Shown here: positions 27,560 through 35,272 of the stretch, piece by piece | Layout: every line of letters begins with the position of its first letter | How positions within the stretch are numbered: position 1 is the first letter of the stretch | NCBI GenBank assembly: GCA_001785675.1 | Contig: MFUJ01000013.1 | Location: 1 to 52,768, forward strand | Reading direction: 5' to 3' | Source of the DNA: Candidatus Nomurabacteria bacterium RIFCSPHIGHO2_12_FULL_37_29 | GTDB taxonomy: Bacteria; Patescibacteriota; Minisyncoccia; Phycocordibacterales; UBA9973 | Length of the DNA stretch: 52,768 bases | Program-made: the position numbers and the translations under genes | The notes under the pieces: model-generated | What the model saw: only the letters and a program-made list of their open reading frames with translations | The model's database searches: none | What the model was told of the DNA's origin: nothing

Positions 27560-28147
27560 TTAATTTTGAAAATCTACTTTCGGTACTATTTGATTATCCT
27601 TTGGAACATCAAAATACGCTCTCTCTGTTACGCCAAAGATGCTTGCGACGAGAGATGTGGGAAATTTTTTGATATTGGTATCAAATACGCGGACTAGTTC
27701 GTTATACTTTTGTCTTTCAACGGTAATGCGATTTTCGGTGCCTTCGAGAGAAACGATCAGATCTCTATAAGCCTGTGAAGATTGGAGTACTGGATAAGCC
27801 TCTGCAATTACCAAAAGACGACCAAAGGCAGACTCCACTTGTGTGGCGGCTTGCGCTTTTTCGTTCGGAGTTGTCGCGCCAGAATACCTTGTGCGAGCTT
27901 CCGCTATAGCGCCGAACACTTCCTGTTCCTGTTTGGCTACACCTTTAACTGTATTGACAACATTGGGGATCAAATCAAAACGTCTCTGATATTGATTTTC
28001 CACTTGCGCCCACTGTGCTGTGATCTCTTCACCTTGTGTGACAAAAGAGTTGTATTTAGAAACAAACCACAGGGCTAAAAGAACGATAACACCCACAACT
28101 ATAATCCACTTCATATTCCTTTCAAAAAAGTTTTTTTCTTCTTGCAT
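27560..28147 (-). CDS. lemA: LemA family protein
   Basis: N-terminal TM helix. WAQVENQYQRRFDLIPN, AYPVLQSS and RQKYNE pattern. Confidence 0.9.
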   Translation of the reverse strand: MQEEKNFFERNMKWIIVVGVIVLLALWFVSKYNSFVTQGEEITAQWAQVENQYQRRFDLIPNVVNTVKGVAKQEQEVFGAIAEARTRYSGATTPNEKAQAATQVESAFGRLLVIAEAYPVLQSSQAYRDLIVSLEGTENRITVERQKYNELVRVFDTNIKKFPTSLVASIFGVTERAYFDVPKDNQIVPKVDFQN

Positions 28148-28208
28148 TTTATTTTGGTTAAATTAATAAATAATAAAACTATTGTACTGCCAATTATAGC
28201 ACATCTAT

Positions 28209-29183
28209 TTACTTCAACCCACACCTAACTTTAAGCTCATCCAGATCAGCCTTGGTTAATATTTGATTATTTCCTTGGTTTAGTTCATACATTATAGCTT
28301 GAGAATCACTCACGTGCGGAAGACCGAGCGCGTGTCCCAACTCATGCGCCAACACTCGTACCAGTTTTTCTCGACTGCTAAATTCATAAATATCTATTTC
28401 TCTTTTTACCCCGTCACTCACATACACTCCTTCTTCAAATGATTCCCCGCGAGCGACGTTGACCGTGTTGTATTTTCCCACAGAAAGGTTCAGTGATGTT
28501 ACAAGACGATTCAAGACAACCACAAGCGCATTTATTTCATCTGCTGTGTTATTGAGATTTTTTTGTATATTTTGCAATTCTCTTATTTCATTCTCTAAAA
28601 AAAGATGTGTAGCCTCTAGCTGGTTGTATTCTTTTTGTGACGCTCCTCCTTTCGTATTCCAAAATTTTACTTTATTTTCATAAGCGAGCTTGTTTTGATT
28701 GAAACTTTCCATACGCACATTAAAATCAATTTCATCCTTTTCATACAGAGCTTTGAGTGCAGTAAATTTATTCCTGAGCATGTCGTATGACGCCCGAGTA
28801 TCTTTCACAATGATGCCAAGACTTGCTAATTTACTAGTAGCTTCTTGTCTGTAATCGTAAATAAGATTTATTTTCAAAACATTCGAAGAAGAATCTGTAG
28901 GGGTATAAGTAAAAAGTTCAAGGCCTACAGGTTTTTCCCAAATAGTTTCTGCTAGAGAAAGAGCATCTAAAAAATACTTTTTAGAAATATTAAACTTGGC
29001 GTCAAAAGTACCAAAGGTATACGGTATTGGTTCTTTGCATGGAATGTATTTTCCAAAAACATTACTGATATTATTTTTGAGATTCTCTAGAATAGGCAGA
29101 ACTTGCGTGCTTAAGGGATCTCTAAAATAATAGATCGCTCCAAAGAGAATGATTAGCAGAAGAATTTTTAAAAAATTTTTCAT
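28209..29183 (-). CDS. Membrane-anchored matrixin-like zinc metalloprotease with a long helical/coiled-coil insertion
   Basis: HELGHALGLPH zinc site plus a downstream AIMY Met-turn. A heptad-like region of about 130 aa (residues about 115-245) lies between the N-terminal and catalytic segments. Confidence 0.7.
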   Translation of the reverse strand: MKNFLKILLLIILFGAIYYFRDPLSTQVLPILENLKNNISNVFGKYIPCKEPIPYTFGTFDAKFNISKKYFLDALSLAETIWEKPVGLELFTYTPTDSSSNVLKINLIYDYRQEATSKLASLGIIVKDTRASYDMLRNKFTALKALYEKDEIDFNVRMESFNQNKLAYENKVKFWNTKGGASQKEYNQLEATHLFLENEIRELQNIQKNLNNTADEINALVVVLNRLVTSLNLSVGKYNTVNVARGESFEEGVYVSDGVKREIDIYEFSSREKLVRVLAHELGHALGLPHVSDSQAIMYELNQGNNQILTKADLDELKVRCGLK

Positions 29184-29199
29184 CTCGGTAAGTATATCA
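29184..29199 (-). promoter_or_regulatory. Extended -10 box abutting the metalloprotease start (leaderless-type)
   Basis: TGATATACT-TACCGAG-ATG (7-nt spacer). Confidence 0.45.
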
Positions 29200-29223
29200 A
29201 AAAATTAAAATTTATAGTAAAAT

Positions 29224-29874
29224 ATGTATATGGGTATAAAATTAATATATTTCGTACGACACGGGGAAACCGAACTTAACGCTCAAAACATCAGACAAGG
29301 TCCTGGTGGATCTTTAAACAAAAAAGGCCGAGAACAGGCATTAGCCACAGCAAGAAGATTTCCGAAACACAAGGGACACCCACAAATTATCATTTCAAGC
29401 CCATATGAACGCACGAAAGAAACAGCAGAGATTATCGCTAAAGAATTACATATGAAAAAAATAGAATATTCCGATCTCTTGATGGAAAGGAAAAATCCAA
29501 CAGAAATAATCGGGCACTATGGTCAAGAAACAAATGTCAAACACATCATAGATCAAATTGATAAAAGCTATCATGCTGATAATTTGCGAGTATCAGACGA
29601 AGAAAATTTTATTGATCTTAAAAAAAGGGCAAAAAAACTATTGACTTATATAGGGAGAAGGAGAGAAAAGAGAATTATCATGGTTACCCACGGTATTTTT
29701 CTAAAAATGGTAGCGTCTTATATGCTCTATGGGGAAAAACTTACTGCATCACAATATAATAATTTAAGTTACTTTAATCCTATAAATAATGCTGGCATAG
29801 CTATCTGTTCATATACAACTCACTTCTTCAAAAAGAACGAATGGAAACTAATAGTCTGGAACGATCTTATTTAA
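29224..29874 (+). CDS. Histidine phosphatase family protein (phosphoglycerate-mutase-like)
   Basis: VRHGETELN (RHG motif) and a later THG. TATAGT-AAAAT-ATG lies upstream. Confidence 0.85.
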   Translation: MYMGIKLIYFVRHGETELNAQNIRQGPGGSLNKKGREQALATARRFPKHKGHPQIIISSPYERTKETAEIIAKELHMKKIEYSDLLMERKNPTEIIGHYGQETNVKHIIDQIDKSYHADNLRVSDEENFIDLKKRAKKLLTYIGRRREKRIIMVTHGIFLKMVASYMLYGEKLTASQYNNLSYFNPINNAGIAICSYTTHFFKKNEWKLIVWNDLI

Positions 29875-30018
29875 ACTTTGAATTACGAAACTCGTTGAAA
29901 CATAACTTTTCGAAGGGGTTTCGAGCCGGGCGGGGCGAGAACTTCAAGATTTTTTAAGCTTCAAAAAATCTGTACCGGAGAAAAGGTTATGTTGATAGAG
30001 AGTTTCGTAATTCAAAGT
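29875..30018. mobile_element. 144-nt element with 19-bp perfect terminal inverted repeats flanked by ATTTAA direct repeats (MITE-like; alternatively a structured RNA)
   Basis: ACTTTGAATTACGAAACTC (29875-29893) pairs with GAGTTTCGTAATTCAAAGT (30000-30018). Flanks are tATTTAA| and |ATTTAAa. There is a second internal 13-bp helix and two apical hairpins. Confidence 0.4.
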
Positions 30019-30055
30019 ATTTAAACGGAAAATTCAAAAGATAATAATATAAATA

Positions 30056-31072
30056 TTATTTTTCGTTAATGGTGTACCTATCCAAAATAGCTTCAAAGAT
30101 TAGCGGTGCAACGATGGTGGCATCAGATTCAATCACGAACATCGGGGTATCCTTGGTCAACTTATCCCAAGTAATCTTTTCATTGGGAGTCGCTCCAGAG
30201 TATGAACCATAAGAAGTGGTACTATCTGAAATCTGGCAGAAATAGCCCCAAGGTCGCACTTCCTTTTTCAAATCATATTTTATAGAAGGCACAACGCAAA
30301 TGGGAAAATCTCCAGAAATACCTCCGCCGATTTGGAAAAATCCGAGTCCCGGACCTTGCTTACCTGCCGGTAGACCATTTCCTGAAAGTTCTTGATACTT
30401 GTCATATAGATACATCATATATTCAACTCCGGTTTTCATCACAGAAGGATTCACTTCCCCCATCTTACAATATCCAGCAAAAATATTTCCGAGAGTAGAA
30501 TCTTCCCAACCCGGCACAACGATGGGTAGGTTGTTTTTTGCCGCTTCGAGCAACCAACAGTGTTCTCTATTTCCTTCATGATATTTTTCTAATTCTGGAG
30601 ATAACAAGATCTGATAAAAATATTCATGTGGAAAAAAACGCAGACCCGTCTTCCCCGCCTCTTTCCACTTTTGTAAGATTATTGGTTCTACTACACGAAA
30701 TGCATCTTCTTCTGGGATTGATGTATCCGTCACTCGGCGTTCACCCCGCTCTAATATTTTTTGGTCATCTTCTTTGGTAAAATATCTATAATTTGGATAA
30801 TCTTTGTATTTAGTATGAGCGACTAATCTGAAAACGGATTCTTCTAAATTAGCCCCGGTGCAAGAAATAGCGTGTATTTTATTTTCTCTAATCATGGCGG
30901 CGAGCGTGACACCTATCTGCGCCGAAGACAACGCTCCGCCCAATGCGAGCAGCATACGACCCCCATCGTCTAAATGTTTCTTGAAAGCGAGTGTCGCGTC
31001 TTTCATCGCACGCGCGTTAAAATTATGAAATAATTTTTGAAAAAGCCCCAAAACTGAAATTTCTTTTTTCAT
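30056..31072 (-). CDS. Deoxyhypusine synthase-like protein (DHS / homospermidine-synthase family)
   Basis: Family-typical segments LALGGALSSAQIG, SCTGANLEE, GWEDSTLGN and IGGGISGDF. Start moved from 31171 to the ATG at 31072 (MKKEISVLG). Confidence 0.78.
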   Translation of the reverse strand: MKKEISVLGLFQKLFHNFNARAMKDATLAFKKHLDDGGRMLLALGGALSSAQIGVTLAAMIRENKIHAISCTGANLEESVFRLVAHTKYKDYPNYRYFTKEDDQKILERGERRVTDTSIPEEDAFRVVEPIILQKWKEAGKTGLRFFPHEYFYQILLSPELEKYHEGNREHCWLLEAAKNNLPIVVPGWEDSTLGNIFAGYCKMGEVNPSVMKTGVEYMMYLYDKYQELSGNGLPAGKQGPGLGFFQIGGGISGDFPICVVPSIKYDLKKEVRPWGYFCQISDSTTSYGSYSGATPNEKITWDKLTKDTPMFVIESDATIVAPLIFEAILDRYTINEK

Positions 31073-31087
31073 AGTATTATTATAGCA
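31073..31087 (-). promoter_or_regulatory. Extended -10 box abutting the DHS-like gene start (leaderless-type)
   Basis: TGCTATAAT-AATACT-ATG (6-nt spacer). Confidence 0.5.
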
Positions 31088-31277
31088 ACATTTGAGCGCT
31101 GTTGCTATGTGGTACTCCATATAGCAACAGCGAATATTAGAACTAAAATCCTCAATAACGTAAAACGACACCGTTTCTACAGAGATCTGTAAAAATAGTG
31201 TCGTCGATAAATTTCTCCTTTCTTGGATTCCCCGTGCCGGGAATCCCCTCTCGTCAGCCGGGCACGCAGCTTGTTGG

Positions 31278-31961
31278 CTAAGCGGTACGTACCACCTCCA
31301 ACTCTAACGTCCGCTTGAGGCGTATTACCTTATTTTCAATGGCGTACTGAACCAAGTGTGCTCTGTTGTGGATTTTGAGCTTGCGCATCATGTTAAACTT
31401 GTGCGCTTCCACGGTTTTCACACTAAGGGCCAGCAATGCCGCGATATCTTTGACTGATTCGCCTTCTGCCAACATCTTCAGCACTTCTCTCTCACGTCCT
31501 GTGAGAGTACCGAGACTCGTAACCACAGGAGTAGCTCCCACCAGCGCCCGAAAGCCATCCACGAATAAGGATAGCATTTCGGAGCTGAAATAGTGCTCAC
31601 CCCTGGACACCTCACGAATGGCATTCGAGAGTTCATCGGCACCAATGTCTTTCAGTGCATACCCCCTGGCGCCGACCCGCATTCCTTCCACGAGGAAGTC
31701 TGCGTCCACTACATCTGTCAGAAACAGAACTTTCGTTTCCGGCCTTAGCTGGAGCATGCGAATAGTGGCCTCAAGGCTGCTGAGCCCCGGCATCCAAATG
31801 TCCATCAGGATCACACTTGGATGCGTCTCACTGACACAGTCGACGGCGTCGTTACAATTCGACACCTCTTTCACCACCCTCATGTCCGTTTCGGCGGAAA
31901 TGAGGGCTTTGAGACCCTCTCGAAATAATCTCTGCGGATCAACCAGCATAACTCTCATCAT
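31278..31961 (-). CDS. Orphan NarL/LuxR-family response regulator (receiver + HTH)
   Basis: Receiver motifs VMLVDP, VILMDIWMPG (phospho-Asp), LFLTD and YALKD. LuxR HTH LTGREREVLKMLAEGESVKDIAALLALSVKTVEAHKFNMMRKL. No histidine kinase is adjacent. Confidence 0.9.
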   Translation of the reverse strand: MMRVMLVDPQRLFREGLKALISAETDMRVVKEVSNCNDAVDCVSETHPSVILMDIWMPGLSSLEATIRMLQLRPETKVLFLTDVVDADFLVEGMRVGARGYALKDIGADELSNAIREVSRGEHYFSSEMLSLFVDGFRALVGATPVVTSLGTLTGREREVLKMLAEGESVKDIAALLALSVKTVEAHKFNMMRKLKIHNRAHLVQYAIENKVIRLKRTLELEVVRTA

Positions 31962-31968
31962 GGGGGAA

Positions 31969-31974
31969 CTCCTT
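31969..31974 (-). promoter_or_regulatory. Canonical Shine-Dalgarno AAGGAG, 7 nt upstream of the response-regulator ATG
   Basis: Coding-strand reading: AAAAGGAGTTCCCCC-ATG. This is the only clear GGAG-type RBS I noticed in the window. Confidence 0.6.
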
Positions 31975-32192
31975 TTCTGTTAGAAACGACTCGTGTCGCC
32001 ATAACTCGTAATTTACAAAAACTTCTTTTTATAAACTAGGGGCTATGGCGAACTCGCATCTTTATAACAAAATAAATGAAATTTTTAAGGTACAATCACT
32101 CTAATATGATACCATGTTTTATATGCACTTGTCAAATCAAGTTCATCTTAAAAAACTAAACGCGATCTTCATGGCTTTAAGATAAATATTTA

Positions 32193-33041
32193 TTAAATCT
32201 TTCTTGGTTGACTGAATTTTGTGATTTTGTGAGGCTCTAAATCGAAGTCTTTGAATGAAGTAACACCTAGGTTTCTTAATGCTTCATAGAGTTTTACTAG
32301 GGCCACTTTGTGTAGTTGGGAAACTCGGCTTTCGTTAGTTCCAAGAATATTTCCAATTTCCCTCATGGTCATTTCATCATGATAATAATGCGTCAATACT
32401 GTTTGATAACGTGGCGCCAGAGTTTTCATCGCTTCGGCTAGTTTAGAACGAAGCTGTTCATTGGCAAAGATGGCGTCAGGTTGCTCGGAAGAACTAGAAG
32501 GATAATCAGGTGCATCGGAGTCCTCTGGTGCCCCACCATAGGTAGAAGCTGACATTATAGGACTAGTTGGAACATGAAGTATCTTCTGGTGTAATTCCTT
32601 AAGACTTATACCCAATTCTTCAGCCACTTCTGCTTCAGAAGGATTTTCTTGTAGTTTAACTGTCAATTTCTCGACAGCATTGTCAATTTGTTTACGTTGT
32701 CGTCGCATGTCCCGCGAAGCCCAGTCAAGCTGACGTAAGCTGTCCAAAATAGCTCCCTGAATGCGATACTTGGCATAAAAACCAAAAGGTACTTTTTTGC
32801 CTTGATCGTATTTTTGAGTAGCATCCAAAAGACCCATAATACCCTCTCCAATTAAATCATCCAGATTAACATTCACGGGTAGGTTATCATGGATACGAAT
32901 TGCAATAGCTTTTACTAAAGGAAGATACTGCAGCACCAACCTATTTCTTTCTGTGTAGTCTGACCTAGCTTCTTTTCCCTCGACAGTAATTGGTTTTTCT
33001 TCTACTTGGGACTTACGATCAGATCCTATTTTTTCTATCAT
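32193..33041 (-). CDS. Sigma-70 family sigma factor, FliA/WhiG (group 3)-like
   Basis: Region 2: YLPLVKAIAIRI..DDLIGEGIMGLLDATQKYD..FGFYAKYRIQGAILDSLRQLDWASRDMRR. Region 4: MREIGNILGTNESRVSQLHKVAL. Confidence 0.85.
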   Translation of the reverse strand: MIEKIGSDRKSQVEEKPITVEGKEARSDYTERNRLVLQYLPLVKAIAIRIHDNLPVNVNLDDLIGEGIMGLLDATQKYDQGKKVPFGFYAKYRIQGAILDSLRQLDWASRDMRRQRKQIDNAVEKLTVKLQENPSEAEVAEELGISLKELHQKILHVPTSPIMSASTYGGAPEDSDAPDYPSSSSEQPDAIFANEQLRSKLAEAMKTLAPRYQTVLTHYYHDEMTMREIGNILGTNESRVSQLHKVALVKLYEALRNLGVTSFKDFDLEPHKITKFSQPRKI

Positions 33042-33175
33042 AAATGATTTGTTAAATAATTATTTTAAGACTTTTATTGTAACAAAAATTAATAAAAAAG
33101 ACTAGTATTCATTTCTTTGCCAAACTATCTATGTGTTTATTTGCCTTTTTGTCTTCAATATGCAATGATTAGATC

Positions 33176-33418
33176 ATGAGTTTAGTAATTCAAATTCTGC
33201 CGTACGCGCAGATTATTCTTTCAGTAATATTAGTTTTGTCAATTATGCTTCAGCAGTCTAGCGCAGGAGTGGGGGGGGCCTTGGGTGGAGGTGAGGGTGG
33301 AAGTTTTCACCACACTCGCCGAGGTTTTGAGAAGTTTCTTTTTTTCTTGTCTCTTGTTTGTGGAATTCTTTTTGCTGTATTTGCATTTCTGTCTATCATA
33401 ATAAAAGCGAATAGCTAA
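33176..33418 (+). CDS. secG: Preprotein translocase subunit SecG
   Basis: Two TM helices with LSIMLQQSSAGVGGALGGG. Confidence 0.85.
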   Translation: MSLVIQILPYAQIILSVILVLSIMLQQSSAGVGGALGGGEGGSFHHTRRGFEKFLFFLSLVCGILFAVFAFLSIIIKANS

Positions 33419-33423
33419 AAGCT

Positions 33424-35220
33424 TTGTCTAAAAATTCTTCTATGAGAAATTTTTATCGTCGTATACGCCAGTTAAAAATCATCAACAAACTACCGGGAAA
33501 ATTGGCAATCAATTCGGTTCTTTCTTCTTTCTCAAGAAGAGAGCGTATTGTTTTCTTTGGATTAGTGGTGGTGTTATTATTAAGCACAATATTAATATTA
33601 GAAAGTATTAATAAGTCTTTCATGGTAGAAGTACCGCTACGCGGAGGATCTACGTCACTCGGCATCATCGGTACTCCGCGTTTTATAAACCCGATATTGG
33701 CAAATTCTCTCGCCGATGAGAGCCTCACTGCACTCATTTATTCTGGCCTTATGAGGAGAAGCCCTGATGGAACCCTAATACCGGATTTAGCAGAAAAATA
33801 TGAAATGTCAGAAAACGGTTTAATCTATACTTTCACTTTAAAAGACAATCTGTACTTTCAGGATGAGAAAATAGTTACCGTGGATGATGTTATTTTTACA
33901 ATCAGTAAAATTAAGGATTCAATCGTAAAAAGTTCACATAAAGCAAATTGGGATGGCGTAAGTGTTGAAAAGGTGGATGAGAAAACTGTCAGATTTACCT
34001 TGAAACAGCCTTATGCATCATTTTTAGAAAACACGACACTTGGCATTATAGAGAGAGCCCTATGGGACAATTCCCCCATAGAATTAAACACCGCAAATAC
34101 GAGCCCCATAGGGTCAGGACCTTATATGATAAATACAGTAAATAAAAAATCATCTGGAATTATTGACCATTACGAATTAGTACCCTTTAAAAAATTCATA
34201 TTGGGTAAACCATATATTAAAAATATCAGTTTATATTTTTATTCAAATGAAAATGACCTTATAAACGCATTACTTGAAAAAAAAGTTGATCAGATAAGCT
34301 CTATTACTCCTCAAAATGCGGAAATCCTAAGGGAAAAAAATTACCAGGTGGAGTCCTCAGTCCTCCCGAGAGTGTTTGGACTTTTTTTCAACCAAAATCA
34401 AAATCAGCTTTTTGTTGATAAAACAATCATTAGAGCTATCAATCAAGCTATAGATAAAGACAGAATTGTTAAAGATGTGCTTTTTGGATATGGGGTCGTA
34501 ATTGATAGCCCGATACCGTCAAATGTAGTTACTTATCAAAAATTAACAGAGAGCAAAATATTAGGGCGTGAAGAAATCCTGCGAAAGGTGCAAAATGATT
34601 TATCTAAAGCTGGTTGGGAAAGGGGGGTGGATGGATTTTTAGAAAAAACAGTACCGGAGAAAAAATCCGTTAAGGGCGGGAAAAAAATCACCACAAAGCT
34701 AGAATTTTCCATCTCAACGGGTAATGTAGCAGAACTGGCAAAAATTGCCGAACTTATAAAACAGGATTTAGCTTCTGTCGGTATAAAAGTTGAGGTGAAA
34801 ACTTTTGAAATCGGTAATTTAAATCAAAATGTGATCCGTCCACGCAAATATGATACCCTCTTGTTCGGAGAAATTATAAATAATCAATCTGATCTCTTTG
34901 CCTTTTGGCATTCTTCGCAGAGAAAAGATCCCGGCCTCAATGTCGCCATGTATACTAATGCAAAAGTAGACAAAATTTTAGAAGATGCATTTATCACGAT
35001 TGACGACACAACTAGAATAAAAAAATATGCTCAATTTGAAGATGAAATCAGGAAAGATATGCCAGCAATTTTTCTGTATAGTCCTAATTTTATATATGTA
35101 GTACCTAGCAATCTAAAGCAATCCTCAACAGATCGCATTGTTTCACCTTCGGATCGTTATCTAAATGCATATTCATGGTACACTACAACAGAAAATGTTT
35201 GGAGGCTATTTTCTAAATAA
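33424..35220 (+). CDS. ABC-transporter family-5 substrate-binding protein (peptide/nickel type), orphan
   Basis: N-terminal TM anchor and SBP_bac_5-like length and segments (NPILANS..., LTALIYSGLM, YTFTLKDNLYFQD). The start is a TTG at 33424 or the ATG at 33442. No permease or ATPase genes are nearby. Confidence 0.8.
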   Translation: MSKNSSMRNFYRRIRQLKIINKLPGKLAINSVLSSFSRRERIVFFGLVVVLLLSTILILESINKSFMVEVPLRGGSTSLGIIGTPRFINPILANSLADESLTALIYSGLMRRSPDGTLIPDLAEKYEMSENGLIYTFTLKDNLYFQDEKIVTVDDVIFTISKIKDSIVKSSHKANWDGVSVEKVDEKTVRFTLKQPYASFLENTTLGIIERALWDNSPIELNTANTSPIGSGPYMINTVNKKSSGIIDHYELVPFKKFILGKPYIKNISLYFYSNENDLINALLEKKVDQISSITPQNAEILREKNYQVESSVLPRVFGLFFNQNQNQLFVDKTIIRAINQAIDKDRIVKDVLFGYGVVIDSPIPSNVVTYQKLTESKILGREEILRKVQNDLSKAGWERGVDGFLEKTVPEKKSVKGGKKITTKLEFSISTGNVAELAKIAELIKQDLASVGIKVEVKTFEIGNLNQNVIRPRKYDTLLFGEIINNQSDLFAFWHSSQRKDPGLNVAMYTNAKVDKILEDAFITIDDTTRIKKYAQFEDEIRKDMPAIFLYSPNFIYVVPSNLKQSSTDRIVSPSDRYLNAYSWYTTTENVWRLFSK

Positions 35221-35235
35221 TTAAAAACAATAGAT

Positions 35236-35262
35236 CGTGTAATGGCGATCCGCCATTACACG
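35236..35262 (+). other. Perfect 12-bp hairpin between the SBP gene and rnj
   Basis: CGTGTAATGGCG-ATC-CGCCATTACACG. No U-tract follows on the plus strand. Confidence 0.5.
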
Positions 35263-35272
35263 GAAATAAAAA

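Noticed and set aside
29875-30018. Identification of the inverted-repeat element as SRP (4.5S) RNA, 6S RNA or tmRNA.
   Set aside because: I could not find the conserved SRP helix-8 motif or tmRNA features. The rod-like shape alone is insufficient for a 6S call. It is kept only as an unnamed MITE-like or structured element.
31073-31171. A 33-codon N-terminal extension of the DHS-like ORF (MSFYVIEDFSSNIRCCYMEYHIATALKCCYNNT).
   Set aside because: The extension contains the TGCTATAAT-N6-ATG promoter for the internal ATG at 31072 and overlaps terminator-like hairpins downstream of the response regulator. Its Cys/Tyr-rich sequence is unlike DHS N-termini.
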